Shown piece by piece: positions 1 to 8,269 of a stretch of 23,694 nucleotides of DNA. The notes below the pieces were generated by a model. That model did no database searches. It was not told the DNA's origin and saw only the letters and a program-made list of their open reading frames with translations. A program made the position numbers and the translations under genes. The stretch lies in the IMG/VR virus record IMGVR_UViG_3300005859_000281, positions 1 through 23,694 of that record; one strand, written 5' to 3'. The first letter of the stretch is position 1. Each line of letters opens with the position of its first letter.

Positions 1-1
1 A

Positions 2-124
2 GTGCCAGGGCGTTCAGCTGTTTTTTTACTCGATTACGAACCGTATTTAGACCCAACCAATAAGGTAATCGTTTTCCGACCTAAACAAAACAACACCCAA
101 AGTCAACAACCACAAAGCCAATAA
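2..124 (+). CDS. 3' end of a gene truncated by the window edge; probable paralogue of 7284..8252
   Basis: Open frame VPGRSAVFLLDYEPYLDPTNKVIVFRPKQNNTQSQQPQSQ* followed by a T-rich tract; resembles the C-terminus of 7284..8252. Confidence 0.7.
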   Translation: MPGRSAVFLLDYEPYLDPTNKVIVFRPKQNNTQSQQPQSQ

Positions 125-147
125 TTCTTTTTCTCTTTCTCTTTCTA
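125..147 (+). terminator. Pyrimidine/oligo-T tract, probable archaeal terminator between convergent genes
   Basis: TTCTTTTTCTCTTTCTCTTTCT directly after the stop codon. Confidence 0.45.
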
Positions 148-153
148 GAAAGT

Positions 154-1113
154 CTAAGCTAAGATAATCCTATTTAATATATTATTTAATTTCAACCTCG
201 GAAAGTCAGCCAAGTATCTTGGCGATATTTTATTTAACATTTCGTTGTGCTGATACACGATACTTAGCATGAAATTTGCTATGTCTAATTCTAATAAGCC
301 TGGAGAATAGCTTCTGTCCCCGCCATATCTCGAATAGATAGACATTGGGGATTCATTTACAAGCCCAGATATATTTTTGACAATAAATTTATGTAAATCG
401 AATATATTATTCATGTTGCGTATTAATTCTTTATAACTTGCCTTATCCAGGGTATACGCATTATGAGATTTTAAGAAATTAATAATGTATAATCCTAACC
501 CCGTAGTCGTATACTTTCTCTTCTTCCCCTCGTTCAAGTTGATTTCACTGCTTAGACCCATTAACGAAAGAGGGACAAGCACATAGCGGAGATCTGTCTC
601 AACAGATAAATTATTGCAGGCGTCCCCGCACACCTCCTTCGCAAACCTTAGAATATCTTCTATTTCCGCGTTCAGCAAGGGAAGTTGAGAGTTGTAAATG
701 TAAAGGTATTCACGCAAAGTTAATTTATTTATTGGGTTGTTTAGCTTATCAATTATTTTTAGAGATTTCAAAGCGTCTGTTAATACTAAAAAGGAGAATA
801 TTGAGGCTTCCCTGACCCTGTAATATTTATCATCAATCAACTCAGCTCCTGTAAATTCCGATATTGAATTAGCATACTTGTCAGCCTTTTCCGCAAGCTT
901 ATCAAATATCTCTGGAAAACCCCAAGCAGTCAAAGTTCTAATTTTTGCTGGTACGACAAAACCGTTTTTAGCTAATTCAATAACCTTAAGCGACGTTTTC
1001 TCAGTCTTAGTGTGTTTTGGACTCGTCATGTTTACAAGATCGGCGAAGAATTCTAGCGAGTCGTTGACCACGTTTTTATCGCCTTCTTGATGAGCAATAA
1101 AATCCATAGCCAT
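154..1113 (-). CDS. Hypothetical protein (319 aa)
   Basis: Long ORF; TATA-like CTTAAAA ~30 nt upstream on the minus strand. Confidence 0.85.
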   Translation of the reverse strand: MAMDFIAHQEGDKNVVNDSLEFFADLVNMTSPKHTKTEKTSLKVIELAKNGFVVPAKIRTLTAWGFPEIFDKLAEKADKYANSISEFTGAELIDDKYYRVREASIFSFLVLTDALKSLKIIDKLNNPINKLTLREYLYIYNSQLPLLNAEIEDILRFAKEVCGDACNNLSVETDLRYVLVPLSLMGLSSEINLNEGKKRKYTTTGLGLYIINFLKSHNAYTLDKASYKELIRNMNNIFDLHKFIVKNISGLVNESPMSIYSRYGGDRSYSPGLLELDIANFMLSIVYQHNEMLNKISPRYLADFPRLKLNNILNRIILA

Positions 1114-1149
1114 GCTTTAATTTATGGGAAACACGATTTTAAGCTTAAA

Positions 1150-1218
1150 CAACAGCTGTTTTAGGCGTCTCCAGCTCATCATTTCCAGTCTAACCAGTTG
1201 TGCAGAAAACTTAAATAC
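1150..1218 (+). promoter_or_regulatory. Two-box promoter module copy 1 (CAACAGCTGTTT, CTAACCAGTTG, BRE/TATA TTAAATA)
   Basis: Boxes at 1150-1161 and 1190-1200, TATA 1211-1217, ATG 1243. Confidence 0.75.
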
Positions 1219-1242
1219 CAGCCTTAACAATAGCTAGATACG

Positions 1243-1437
1243 ATGAATCCACAACAAATACTACAGGAAGAAATAATAAAGATGTTAGAGAAGGACTTCA
1301 GTGAACTACAGAAACTAATTGATGAGATTGTGAAAACGAAAGATAACCCTGGTTTTGACAAAAAGAAGTTGGGGGAAGCCCATTTTGCCGTACAAAAAAT
1401 CCAAATGGAACTGTACAGGTTAATTCTCACAATGTGA
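1243..1437 (+). CDS. Small helical/coiled-coil hypothetical protein (64 aa)
   Basis: ORF with its own conserved promoter and a downstream T tract. Confidence 0.75.
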   Translation: MNPQQILQEEIIKMLEKDFSELQKLIDEIVKTKDNPGFDKKKLGEAHFAVQKIQMELYRLILTM

Positions 1438-1475
1438 CCTAAAAGCTAACCCGTTTTTTATTTACTTCTTCTTTC

Positions 1476-1551
1476 AAACGGCTGTTTTAGAGTTTTAGGC
1501 TTCTCCAGCCCTTCGTTTTCCGTCTAACTAGTTGGGTAGAAGATTTAAATA
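1476..1551 (+). promoter_or_regulatory. Two-box promoter module copy 2
   Basis: AAACGGCTGTTT 1476-1487, CTAACTAGTTG 1524-1534, TTTAAATA 1544-1551; spacer visibly homologous to copy 1 (TTTTAGGC.TCTCCAGC). Confidence 0.75.
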
Positions 1552-1583
1552 CCTCGATAACGAATCATATATTGGGAGGGAAT

Positions 1584-1925
1584 ATGAAAAGACAAACAAA
1601 AGACAAAGACGAAAATAGATTGTATTTTTGTTCACTATGCGAGTTTACCGCTACAAGTTACGAAGAATTGGACGTGCATTATTCGTTAGCACATGATGAT
1701 ACGGATCTTTCATATGAATTGGAAGCAATTGTGAATAAGAAAACGAAAAAACAAAAAAGAAAAGACCTCAAAGGGAAAGCTATTGAGCAACTGTCACTGA
1801 TGGTTAAGGGAATTAGTTATAAAAATGAGTATGTCGGATGGTGTGAAACGAGATACGAATTATATAGCGAAAAAATAGGTAACAAATACATTATTGAACT
1901 TGTGCCAGGAATTACAGTTTGTTAA
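1584..1925 (+). CDS. C2H2 zinc-finger protein
   Basis: YFCSLCEFTATSYEELDVHYSLAH = CxxC-x12-HxxxxH, then a basic patch; ATG 1584 follows SD-like GGGAGGG. Confidence 0.8.
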   Translation: MKRQTKDKDENRLYFCSLCEFTATSYEELDVHYSLAHDDTDLSYELEAIVNKKTKKQKRKDLKGKAIEQLSLMVKGISYKNEYVGWCETRYELYSEKIGNKYIIELVPGITVC

Positions 1926-1949
1926 TTATTTATTTTATTTTTCCCTCCT

Positions 1950-2033
1950 AAACAGCTGTTTGAGACCTCCTTTCTTTCCTCCCCACCGCCCGCCCAACCT
2001 CGCTTTCCTAACTGGTTAGACAAAACTTAAATA
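1950..2033 (+). promoter_or_regulatory. Two-box promoter module copy 3
   Basis: AAACAGCTGTTT 1950-1961, CTAACTGGTTAG 2008-2019, TTAAATA 2027-2033. Confidence 0.75.
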
Positions 2034-2064
2034 TCTGGGTTAGCACACATATGATTGACCAAAT

Positions 2065-2628
2065 ATGTCCTCTCCACAACCACAAGTTAAGCAAACAAAT
2101 TCAAATCAAGCAAATAATAATTCATCTACTCAAACAATGTCCTGGGAGACAATATTGAAGACTTCAAGGATTGAGAGGCAACATATTGAATATGCAATAT
2201 CTCATTCTGAGGATGCACCGATGTTGCCTTATGAGTTTGTTTACAGTCAAGTTGATTCGAATATGAAAATTTTTCCCCCTACATCGATCGCTATAAGCGG
2301 GGTAGGGGGAGTAATCGGAGCCATTTTAGCAATGAAGTACGCAAAAGGTAACATAAGATTCATAACGACGAAAGAAGTTATCAATGCTGATGAGAAATCC
2401 CCGTTATTTTTATCGAACTACGCCTTAGAATTACTAAAGAAAAAATACAACGCACAAGTGATTACGTTAGAACTAAACGAATTTGAGAAAATTAAGTTAT
2501 TGTTAAGTCAAGGTGGGGTCTATATTTCTGGATTGCCGTACGAGATCACTATTCAATTTGCACAGTTAGCTGGTTTCGGCAGATTATGGCATTATTCGCC
2601 AATACAGAGAAAGTTCTATGTATTCTAG
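2065..2628 (+). CDS. Hypothetical protein (187 aa) with Q/N/S-rich N-terminus
   Basis: ORF downstream of the conserved promoter. Confidence 0.8.
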   Translation: MSSPQPQVKQTNSNQANNNSSTQTMSWETILKTSRIERQHIEYAISHSEDAPMLPYEFVYSQVDSNMKIFPPTSIAISGVGGVIGAILAMKYAKGNIRFITTKEVINADEKSPLFLSNYALELLKKKYNAQVITLELNEFEKIKLLLSQGGVYISGLPYEITIQFAQLAGFGRLWHYSPIQRKFYVF

Positions 2629-2641
2629 GTGGTGGTGACCA

Positions 2642-3373
2642 ATGAACGATCACCAACAGTTTGAGCCAGAAGTAAAGAAATTCAAATGGTTATTGCAACA
2701 AGGGTATATAACACCTACAGAAATATCGTTTTACAGTAATTTCTACGACATTGAGATGACAAGTACTGTGAATTTTGAAGGAAAGGAAATATTAACACCA
2801 CTAATAATTATAGCAAGACCCAGCAGGTTTAAAAATATCGAAAAGCAATTACCTCAAGCAGAAATTGCAGATCCATACAGCAAAAAATTCCCGCTAATTT
2901 CATTGATAAGTGTCGAAAAGTTCATTAACAGTCTGGTTAATCTGAAAATACCATACTTCTTCTTCTCGTTATTTCTACACGAGTCATACAACGATGCTCC
3001 ATCACAAGTTCACGCACTTTTGCACACACTTTTACAACTAGCAAACAGTTCAAACAAGTATGTCATAAAATATTACAACATTTTAGAAGAACCTCTGCCA
3101 GTAAGCAGTGATTTGCAAAAAATAGTATGCCATTTTAGGAAAATGCTCGGCGAGGATAGTAATTGCGACGATAATGATTGGTGGAAGTATAATCTCTGGG
3201 GCAAAAGTACTACCAATACCAGTGCAATTGACAGAAAAATGATAGAGAAATTAGCATTACAATATAACATATCGCCGATTTGTGTTCACTACGTTTTAGC
3301 ATATAACAAAAACCCGTGTCACCTTTCATCAGATACTGTGGAAAAAATAAAATCAGACCTCTCTTCTTCATAA
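2642..3373 (+). CDS. Hypothetical protein (243 aa)
   Basis: ORF preceded by SD GGTGGTGA; probably co-transcribed with 2065..2628. Confidence 0.85.
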   Translation: MNDHQQFEPEVKKFKWLLQQGYITPTEISFYSNFYDIEMTSTVNFEGKEILTPLIIIARPSRFKNIEKQLPQAEIADPYSKKFPLISLISVEKFINSLVNLKIPYFFFSLFLHESYNDAPSQVHALLHTLLQLANSSNKYVIKYYNILEEPLPVSSDLQKIVCHFRKMLGEDSNCDDNDWWKYNLWGKSTTNTSAIDRKMIEKLALQYNISPICVHYVLAYNKNPCHLSSDTVEKIKSDLSSS

Positions 3374-3382
3374 TTTTTCTCT

Positions 3383-3880
3383 CTATAGGGCATTCGTATT
3401 CTCCTTTTTCTCTCTTTTCTTCTTTATCGTTTTTGCGTCTATCGTCTCTATCCCCTCTTCTTCCAGATATTTTAGCACTGCGTCACTATCATCTATCACT
3501 GTTACCTTATCCTGATCGTATTTTTCCATGAGCTTCCTTATGGCATCCCTCTTAAACTCATGGTCTTTCCTGAAGTCCTTCTCGCCCCTCAGCACGACCT
3601 CGGTGGGCTCTATCCCTATCTCTGACAGCTGTTTGAGAGTATCTTCACGTTGTTTTTCCGAACGTCCGCTAACTACTGCTATCGCTTCTGGTTTTTTCTC
3701 TTCAATTAACTGTTGGACAAACGTGATAACTTCCCGTTTGGGCTTGTCCATGTTCATGAACCTCGGCGATTGGAAGCATTCCCAAAACATACGTTTATTT
3801 CCGTTGGCTAGCTTCTCGCATTCGTTCCACCTGGCAGAAATATCGAAAAGCGTGCCGTCCAAATCTAGGATTAACATCAC
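3383..3880 (-). CDS. HAD-superfamily phosphatase, polynucleotide kinase 3'-phosphatase-like
   Basis: Motif I DLDGTL, motif II SGR, R..D...K, motif IV IDDSD; layout like the T4 Pnkp phosphatase domain. Confidence 0.85.
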   Translation of the reverse strand: MMLILDLDGTLFDISARWNECEKLANGNKRMFWECFQSPRFMNMDKPKREVITFVQQLIEEKKPEAIAVVSGRSEKQREDTLKQLSEIGIEPTEVVLRGEKDFRKDHEFKRDAIRKLMEKYDQDKVTVIDDSDAVLKYLEEEGIETIDAKTIKKKREKKENTNAL

Positions 3881-4458
3881 TTGGCTTCACTCTCTTTTGT
3901 TTGTTTTAAACCTAGTATTGCTATTTCTCCATTCTCTTCTTTGAAGTTTACCTCCTTAGCTTTTCCCTGGCGATTATACACGAGCCAAAATACATCTACA
4001 CCATTTTCGTCTTTTCCCCATTTTAGTTTGCTACATTCCCCATCAAATTTAGTACGAAAGTAGTTTCTCGCTTCTTGGTCGTTTTCTTCTTTTTGTAGTC
4101 CGTCTAACGTCTCCGGGTCAAACGGTTCAGTAAATAGGTAGATCTTCCTATTGTTTTTCCCGTCATCAAAAATGAAATATATCCCGAATTTGGAAATGTT
4201 AAGGTGCGAATTTATCATTAAGTCGCGATGTATATTTATAAATTCATTATCCACAACAGTAGAAATATTAACAGTGGTATGACCGTCAGTTATGTCTATA
4301 CATAATAAGTTTGCGTGCGGTAAGCGTGCGTGCGTGGCTTTGTCGGGTCTGAGGTAGAAAGAGACGTATGTTACAGCTATGGTTGGTGTAGTTTCGGGTA
4401 TGAACCCGTGGACACGCACTGTGAAATACTTATCAATGCTGATTCTCGAGCTTAGCAT
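3877..4458 (-). CDS. Hypothetical protein (~193 aa)
   Basis: Start moved to ATG 4458 because TATA TTTTTTAA (4489-4482) lies ~30 nt upstream; stop overlaps the HAD gene start. Confidence 0.75.
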   Translation of the reverse strand: MLSSRISIDKYFTVRVHGFIPETTPTIAVTYVSFYLRPDKATHARLPHANLLCIDITDGHTTVNISTVVDNEFINIHRDLMINSHLNISKFGIYFIFDDGKNNRKIYLFTEPFDPETLDGLQKEENDQEARNYFRTKFDGECSKLKWGKDENGVDVFWLVYNRQGKAKEVNFKEENGEIAILGLKQTKESEAK

Positions 4459-4481
4459 GGTAAATTCTTCACGCGATACTC

Positions 4482-4549
4482 TTAAAAAAGTCGAATTAGT
4501 TCTCAAACATATGTTTAAGAAACGAGATTCGTTTTGGCTTATTTTTAAA
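4482..4549. promoter_or_regulatory. Divergent promoter pair with central palindrome TCTCAAACATATGTTTAAGA
   Basis: TATA boxes 4482-4489 (-) and 4542-4549 (+); palindrome 4501-4520. Confidence 0.7.
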
Positions 4550-4572
4550 CCTTTTTGCGACAAGTTAAACCC

Positions 4573-4866
4573 ATGAAGCCGGAGTGTAAAGTTCTTTTGA
4601 AGGCATTCGAAAATCTTTCGTCTATTGAAAGTAAATACTATGAGGAAGATTTTCCTGAAATGCTGTCATTTATGTATCTTTTGGTAAAAGGTTACTGGAG
4701 AGTTAATGAGGAGGACGGAGTAATCGAAGAAGTAAAAATACCGCCATTCACGACTATATCCCTGCTAAATACCATGAGAGCAATCACGGCAAGAATTAGG
4801 AACGGTACCACAATCGAAGAAATCATAACCGAAAAGGAACTGTGCGGAGATGTTGAGGAGGTATGA
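4573..4866 (+). CDS. Hypothetical acidic protein (~97 aa)
   Basis: ATG 4573 is 31 nt after TATA; ATGA overlap with the next gene. Confidence 0.75.
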   Translation: MKPECKVLLKAFENLSSIESKYYEEDFPEMLSFMYLLVKGYWRVNEEDGVIEEVKIPPFTTISLLNTMRAITARIRNGTTIEEIITEKELCGDVEEV

Positions 4867-5270
4867 CAACAAATTCAACCGTAATAAATGCGTTACCCCC
4901 ATTTTTCTACACCCAAGTCTTTCTTGTTGACGTTGCAGTTGGGTTCATAATCATGACCGTAATTGAGCTGTTTCTGCTAAGAAACAGTAGCTTAACCCAT
5001 CTGCGACTCGCTCTGCCGTTTCTAACGTTTTCTGTAGGGTTTACTCTAATTTCCCTATATCTTTCTCCGTACATAACGTACAACCCAGTATACACAACAC
5101 CATTCAATGTCACGTACAGGGTCACGCCTTACAGTACCGACGGTGCTGTGCTTTTATACGTCAGCTTCGCAATCCTTGGACTATCTGCAGTATACTTTAT
5201 TTACGCGTTTGCGGTCGACGTGTTGCACCTTTCTGGTGGTAGTAAAGATGATGGTTATTTCGTGCCTTAG
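4863..5270 (+). CDS. Membrane protein (~3 TM helices)
   Basis: Three hydrophobic segments; SD GAGGAGG. Confidence 0.8.
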   Translation: MTTNSTVINALPPFFYTQVFLVDVAVGFIIMTVIELFLLRNSSLTHLRLALPFLTFSVGFTLISLYLSPYITYNPVYTTPFNVTYRVTPYSTDGAVLLYVSFAILGLSAVYFIYAFAVDVLHLSGGSKDDGYFVP

Positions 5271-5293
5271 TTCGTACCTTAGGGGTAATACAC

Positions 5294-5884
5294 ATGTCCA
5301 TGAAAATATCCCTGTTTAAGAAAAAAGCGTTGCCAAGCGTCTATAAGAATTACGACGCACTATTACTTTTGCCCCCAGCCACAGTCAAAACTGATAAAAA
5401 AACGAGTATAATAGAAAAAAACGGTGTGCATGTCGCTATAATGTATTCTGAAACCAACGGTATTTCTGTGATGTTGGATTTGCCCATTGATTTCTTAAAA
5501 CTATACTATAAGATGACTACACAAGTAAACCAGGGGAATCCGAGAGATAGGATGGTCTATTTTGCCATAGTTCACATTTCTTCGCAAGCATATGCAATAC
5601 AAAGAGCAAAAGTGCAAAAAATGAATGAGAGCACTAAAAGGAAGTTTTTCATTTTCCCCAGGTGGATTTGGCTCAGCCTAGAACGAAATGACGGTGTGAC
5701 GAATTATTTCGTCATAAACAGAATTGAAGACGATAATCCTGCAAACTTCTCAAAGGAATTTGATACATTCGGTGCCGTTGGGATTACCTTCAATAATTAC
5801 TTTATTTTCGCTAGTGTGGCGAGGAAGGAGTACGTAGCTTCCATAAATAAACAAATATCCCTCGGTCTGGGGTTTGGGTCATAA
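5294..5884 (+). CDS. Hypothetical protein (196 aa)
   Basis: ORF in a coupled operon (TAATG overlap with the next gene). Confidence 0.8.
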   Translation: MSMKISLFKKKALPSVYKNYDALLLLPPATVKTDKKTSIIEKNGVHVAIMYSETNGISVMLDLPIDFLKLYYKMTTQVNQGNPRDRMVYFAIVHISSQAYAIQRAKVQKMNESTKRKFFIFPRWIWLSLERNDGVTNYFVINRIEDDNPANFSKEFDTFGAVGITFNNYFIFASVARKEYVASINKQISLGLGFGS

Positions 5885-6402
5885 TGTCTCTCTCATATTT
5901 ACAATCGCTCGTTGGGAAAAACGTGGTATTATTCAACTATCTACGTAATATATTCAAAAATAGAATATACAAAATAGTTGAAAATGGGAATGAATATACT
6001 CTTGAGGTTGATATGGGGATAGCTAGCAGGTTACAGCACAGGATCACGCACCCCGGGATTTACTTTATCACAGACGTAATGATACAAGGTACTAGCTATG
6101 TAATTTTTCTAAAAAAACAAGTCGATCTAAAGAAGTTTGCACTGGTAAGCTCGACAACAACTTCTGAATATTACATTTCCTCGTACCGTAAAATACAGTA
6201 TAAAACCGATGCGGGTGTATTCGACGCTTTAGAATTCGATACGGGAGGGTTTAAGCACCTTACGTTTAACTATAATAACTGTATTATAGCGAAAGTGAAA
6301 AGGGCTGGTCATAAGCGTATTGCGGTATGCTTAGGTGATAGTGTCGTTATACAAGATATAAACAATGTTTCGTGCAGTTGTGAGTGGTTTACGGTTGAAT
6401 GA
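5884..6402 (+). CDS. Hypothetical beta-rich protein (172 aa)
   Basis: ORF with overlapping start/stop at both ends. Confidence 0.8.
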   Translation: MSLSYLQSLVGKNVVLFNYLRNIFKNRIYKIVENGNEYTLEVDMGIASRLQHRITHPGIYFITDVMIQGTSYVIFLKKQVDLKKFALVSSTTTSEYYISSYRKIQYKTDAGVFDALEFDTGGFKHLTFNYNNCIIAKVKRAGHKRIAVCLGDSVVIQDINNVSCSCEWFTVE

Positions 6403-7067
6403 GGTGGTGGATAACGGTATATACTAAAAAAGACGAAGTCCCTTCTGCCGAGCAGTTTCAATTCATCGTGTATAAAGAGGTATGTATGGGGAACAGTAGT
6501 ATGGTGTATCCTACTTTAGCTATAGAGAGGCTGAACACTGTAATGCTTACCTATTACAGCGATGAGATAGAAGAATTGTGGAGGGAATTAGTCCTAAAAA
6601 AATATGAGAATGCCACATCTGAGGACGAGCTAAGGCAGATATTGAAAATCGGTTGTGATATAATGTTCATCGTAATGAATGCATCTGGTGACGATGTTAC
6701 GCCGTTGGTATCGAAGATACTAAATAGCACAAGAAAAAAACATCTGTTTTATGTCAACGAGGAAGGACTTGTCTCTGAAAGTACCTATCTCATAGGCGTA
6801 CTAACAAAATTCGTTAATCCCAACGGGTTTGATGTACTCACTGTGTTGAGCATATTGAAAGACGTACAAATAAGGACGGCTACTATGATTAGCAGTATTA
6901 AAGGCACGTCGCTGTATCAGACACTTGTCAGCGAATTAGCCATAGATGAAAATACTATCGAGAAGAGATGCACGGCAAAGTACTATAGAGAATGCGTAAC
7001 AGAGAAGAAAACACAATTATTGAAAGCATTGCAGTTTATCAGGATGAATATAAATATTCCGCGTTAG
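6399..7067 (+). CDS. Hypothetical protein (222 aa)
   Basis: ORF with ATGA overlap. Confidence 0.8.
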   Translation: MRWWITVYTKKDEVPSAEQFQFIVYKEVCMGNSSMVYPTLAIERLNTVMLTYYSDEIEELWRELVLKKYENATSEDELRQILKIGCDIMFIVMNASGDDVTPLVSKILNSTRKKHLFYVNEEGLVSESTYLIGVLTKFVNPNGFDVLTVLSILKDVQIRTATMISSIKGTSLYQTLVSELAIDENTIEKRCTAKYYRECVTEKKTQLLKALQFIRMNINIPR

Positions 7068-7123
7068 AGCGACAAGGGTTTTCAGTTCCAAAAGAAATTT
7101 GCGGACGAAAGATAAAATAATAC

Positions 7124-7212
7124 AAACAGCTGTTTCAAGACTTTATCCTTCCCTTTATCGCCCTCCATCACGCTACTCATTGCCTAACTGGTTAGGCAGA
7201 AAGCTTAAAATA
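7124..7212 (+). promoter_or_regulatory. Two-box promoter module copy 4
   Basis: AAACAGCTGTTT 7124-7135; inverted repeat TGCCTAAC-TG-GTTAGGCA 7181-7198; TTAAAATA 7205-7212. Confidence 0.75.
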
Positions 7213-7283
7213 CTGATGTTTGGCATAAAAATGTACTGATCAAAAATGCCAAAAGTAAAAGTTAGGTTTGAGGGGTGTGGAAA

Positions 7284-8252
7284 ATGAGAATAGATATTAC
7301 AAAAAGTGGCGGTACTTCAATTTCGTTGTACCCGTTAGATGAATATCTCTCTTATGTTCTTTTTGATGACCTGTTTTTAAGACGAGACATTATACCTACC
7401 AAAGAACTATCAGACAAGCACGACGGATCGTTAACATTAGTTAACTATAAGCCTATGGCAACATTTAGTTTTGAGAACTCGCCAGGGTATATGCCATTTA
7501 TAATTGAAGTACGTGCTCAGTCTGAGGGAGATTCCACCTCCATCGAAAACCCAGCGGGCATAGAAGTGAGTTATGGAGAAAAAACTATACACCTCAATTT
7601 AGGTAATCTCAGCAGGGTAATTAAAGCATATGATTTTGAGATTTATAAGAGGACTGTCTATGTTAGTGTAATACAAGGTGCTACAGTTAAAGATTTTATT
7701 TTTGATGTGATCATACTAGCATACAGTGGAGGATCATACGGAGGAGCCATTGACACTGAGTTCACAAATAGGTGGGAATTCGCTGAGAAAAAAATAAAAC
7801 CATTAATTCAAACGTTAGAATCCGCTATTCCTACAATCCGAGAAGGTTTTAGGATCGAATATAAGTTTTACTATTCTCGCTATAGTGACATACTCCTATA
7901 CCCATACATTTTCCTCTTCCCTAAGGGAATTGTAAATGAAATCTCGGATTTCTTGTTATCTCTATATCAACAAACTTATGGCATCATTACAAAACTGCCA
8001 CCAGAATTTACACCTAACGAAAACGTACAATCCCCTGAGTTGCAAAAATTCCTTGAAAAGTTACCGCTCGATCTTATTGCAGAAGCGGTTATAGGCACAT
8101 ACGGTTCTTCTCCTGCGATACTTTTACCGAAAGGAGACTATTCTCAATACCTCACAGGCAATGAACGTATAATCAACCTCGAAAATAGTGATGTGATAGT
8201 CTTCGGTAATCCTCGAGCTCAAGAACAACAGACTCCCGCTCCTCAACAATAG
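7284..8252 (+). CDS. Hypothetical protein, probable member of a viral paralogous family (~320 aa)
   Basis: Long ORF; SD-like GAGGGGTG before ATG 7284 (alternative GTG 7275); C-terminus similar to ORF 2..124. Confidence 0.85.
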   Translation: MRIDITKSGGTSISLYPLDEYLSYVLFDDLFLRRDIIPTKELSDKHDGSLTLVNYKPMATFSFENSPGYMPFIIEVRAQSEGDSTSIENPAGIEVSYGEKTIHLNLGNLSRVIKAYDFEIYKRTVYVSVIQGATVKDFIFDVIILAYSGGSYGGAIDTEFTNRWEFAEKKIKPLIQTLESAIPTIREGFRIEYKFYYSRYSDILLYPYIFLFPKGIVNEISDFLLSLYQQTYGIITKLPPEFTPNENVQSPELQKFLEKLPLDLIAEAVIGTYGSSPAILLPKGDYSQYLTGNERIINLENSDVIVFGNPRAQEQQTPAPQQ

Positions 8253-8269
8253 AATGTAGGACAGAATAA

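Noticed and set aside
1950-1961. CAGCTG as a eukaryotic E-box or a restriction-site artefact
   Set aside because: The context is archaeal, and the central two bases vary (GC, TA, TC, GG) while the AAACA/TGTTT arms are conserved.
1150-2033. Repeated upstream modules as a CRISPR or mini-CRISPR array
   Set aside because: Copies are degenerate, separated by whole genes and end in TATA boxes; there is no constant repeat-spacer period.
3316-4063. Plus-strand ORFs 3316..3531, 3528..3944 and 3881..4063
   Set aside because: Antisense shadows of the HAD phosphatase and its neighbour.
4459-4572. ORF-track starts at 4563 (-) and 4555 (+)
   Set aside because: They would overlap head to head and cover two well-placed TATA boxes; ATG 4458 and ATG 4573 fit better.
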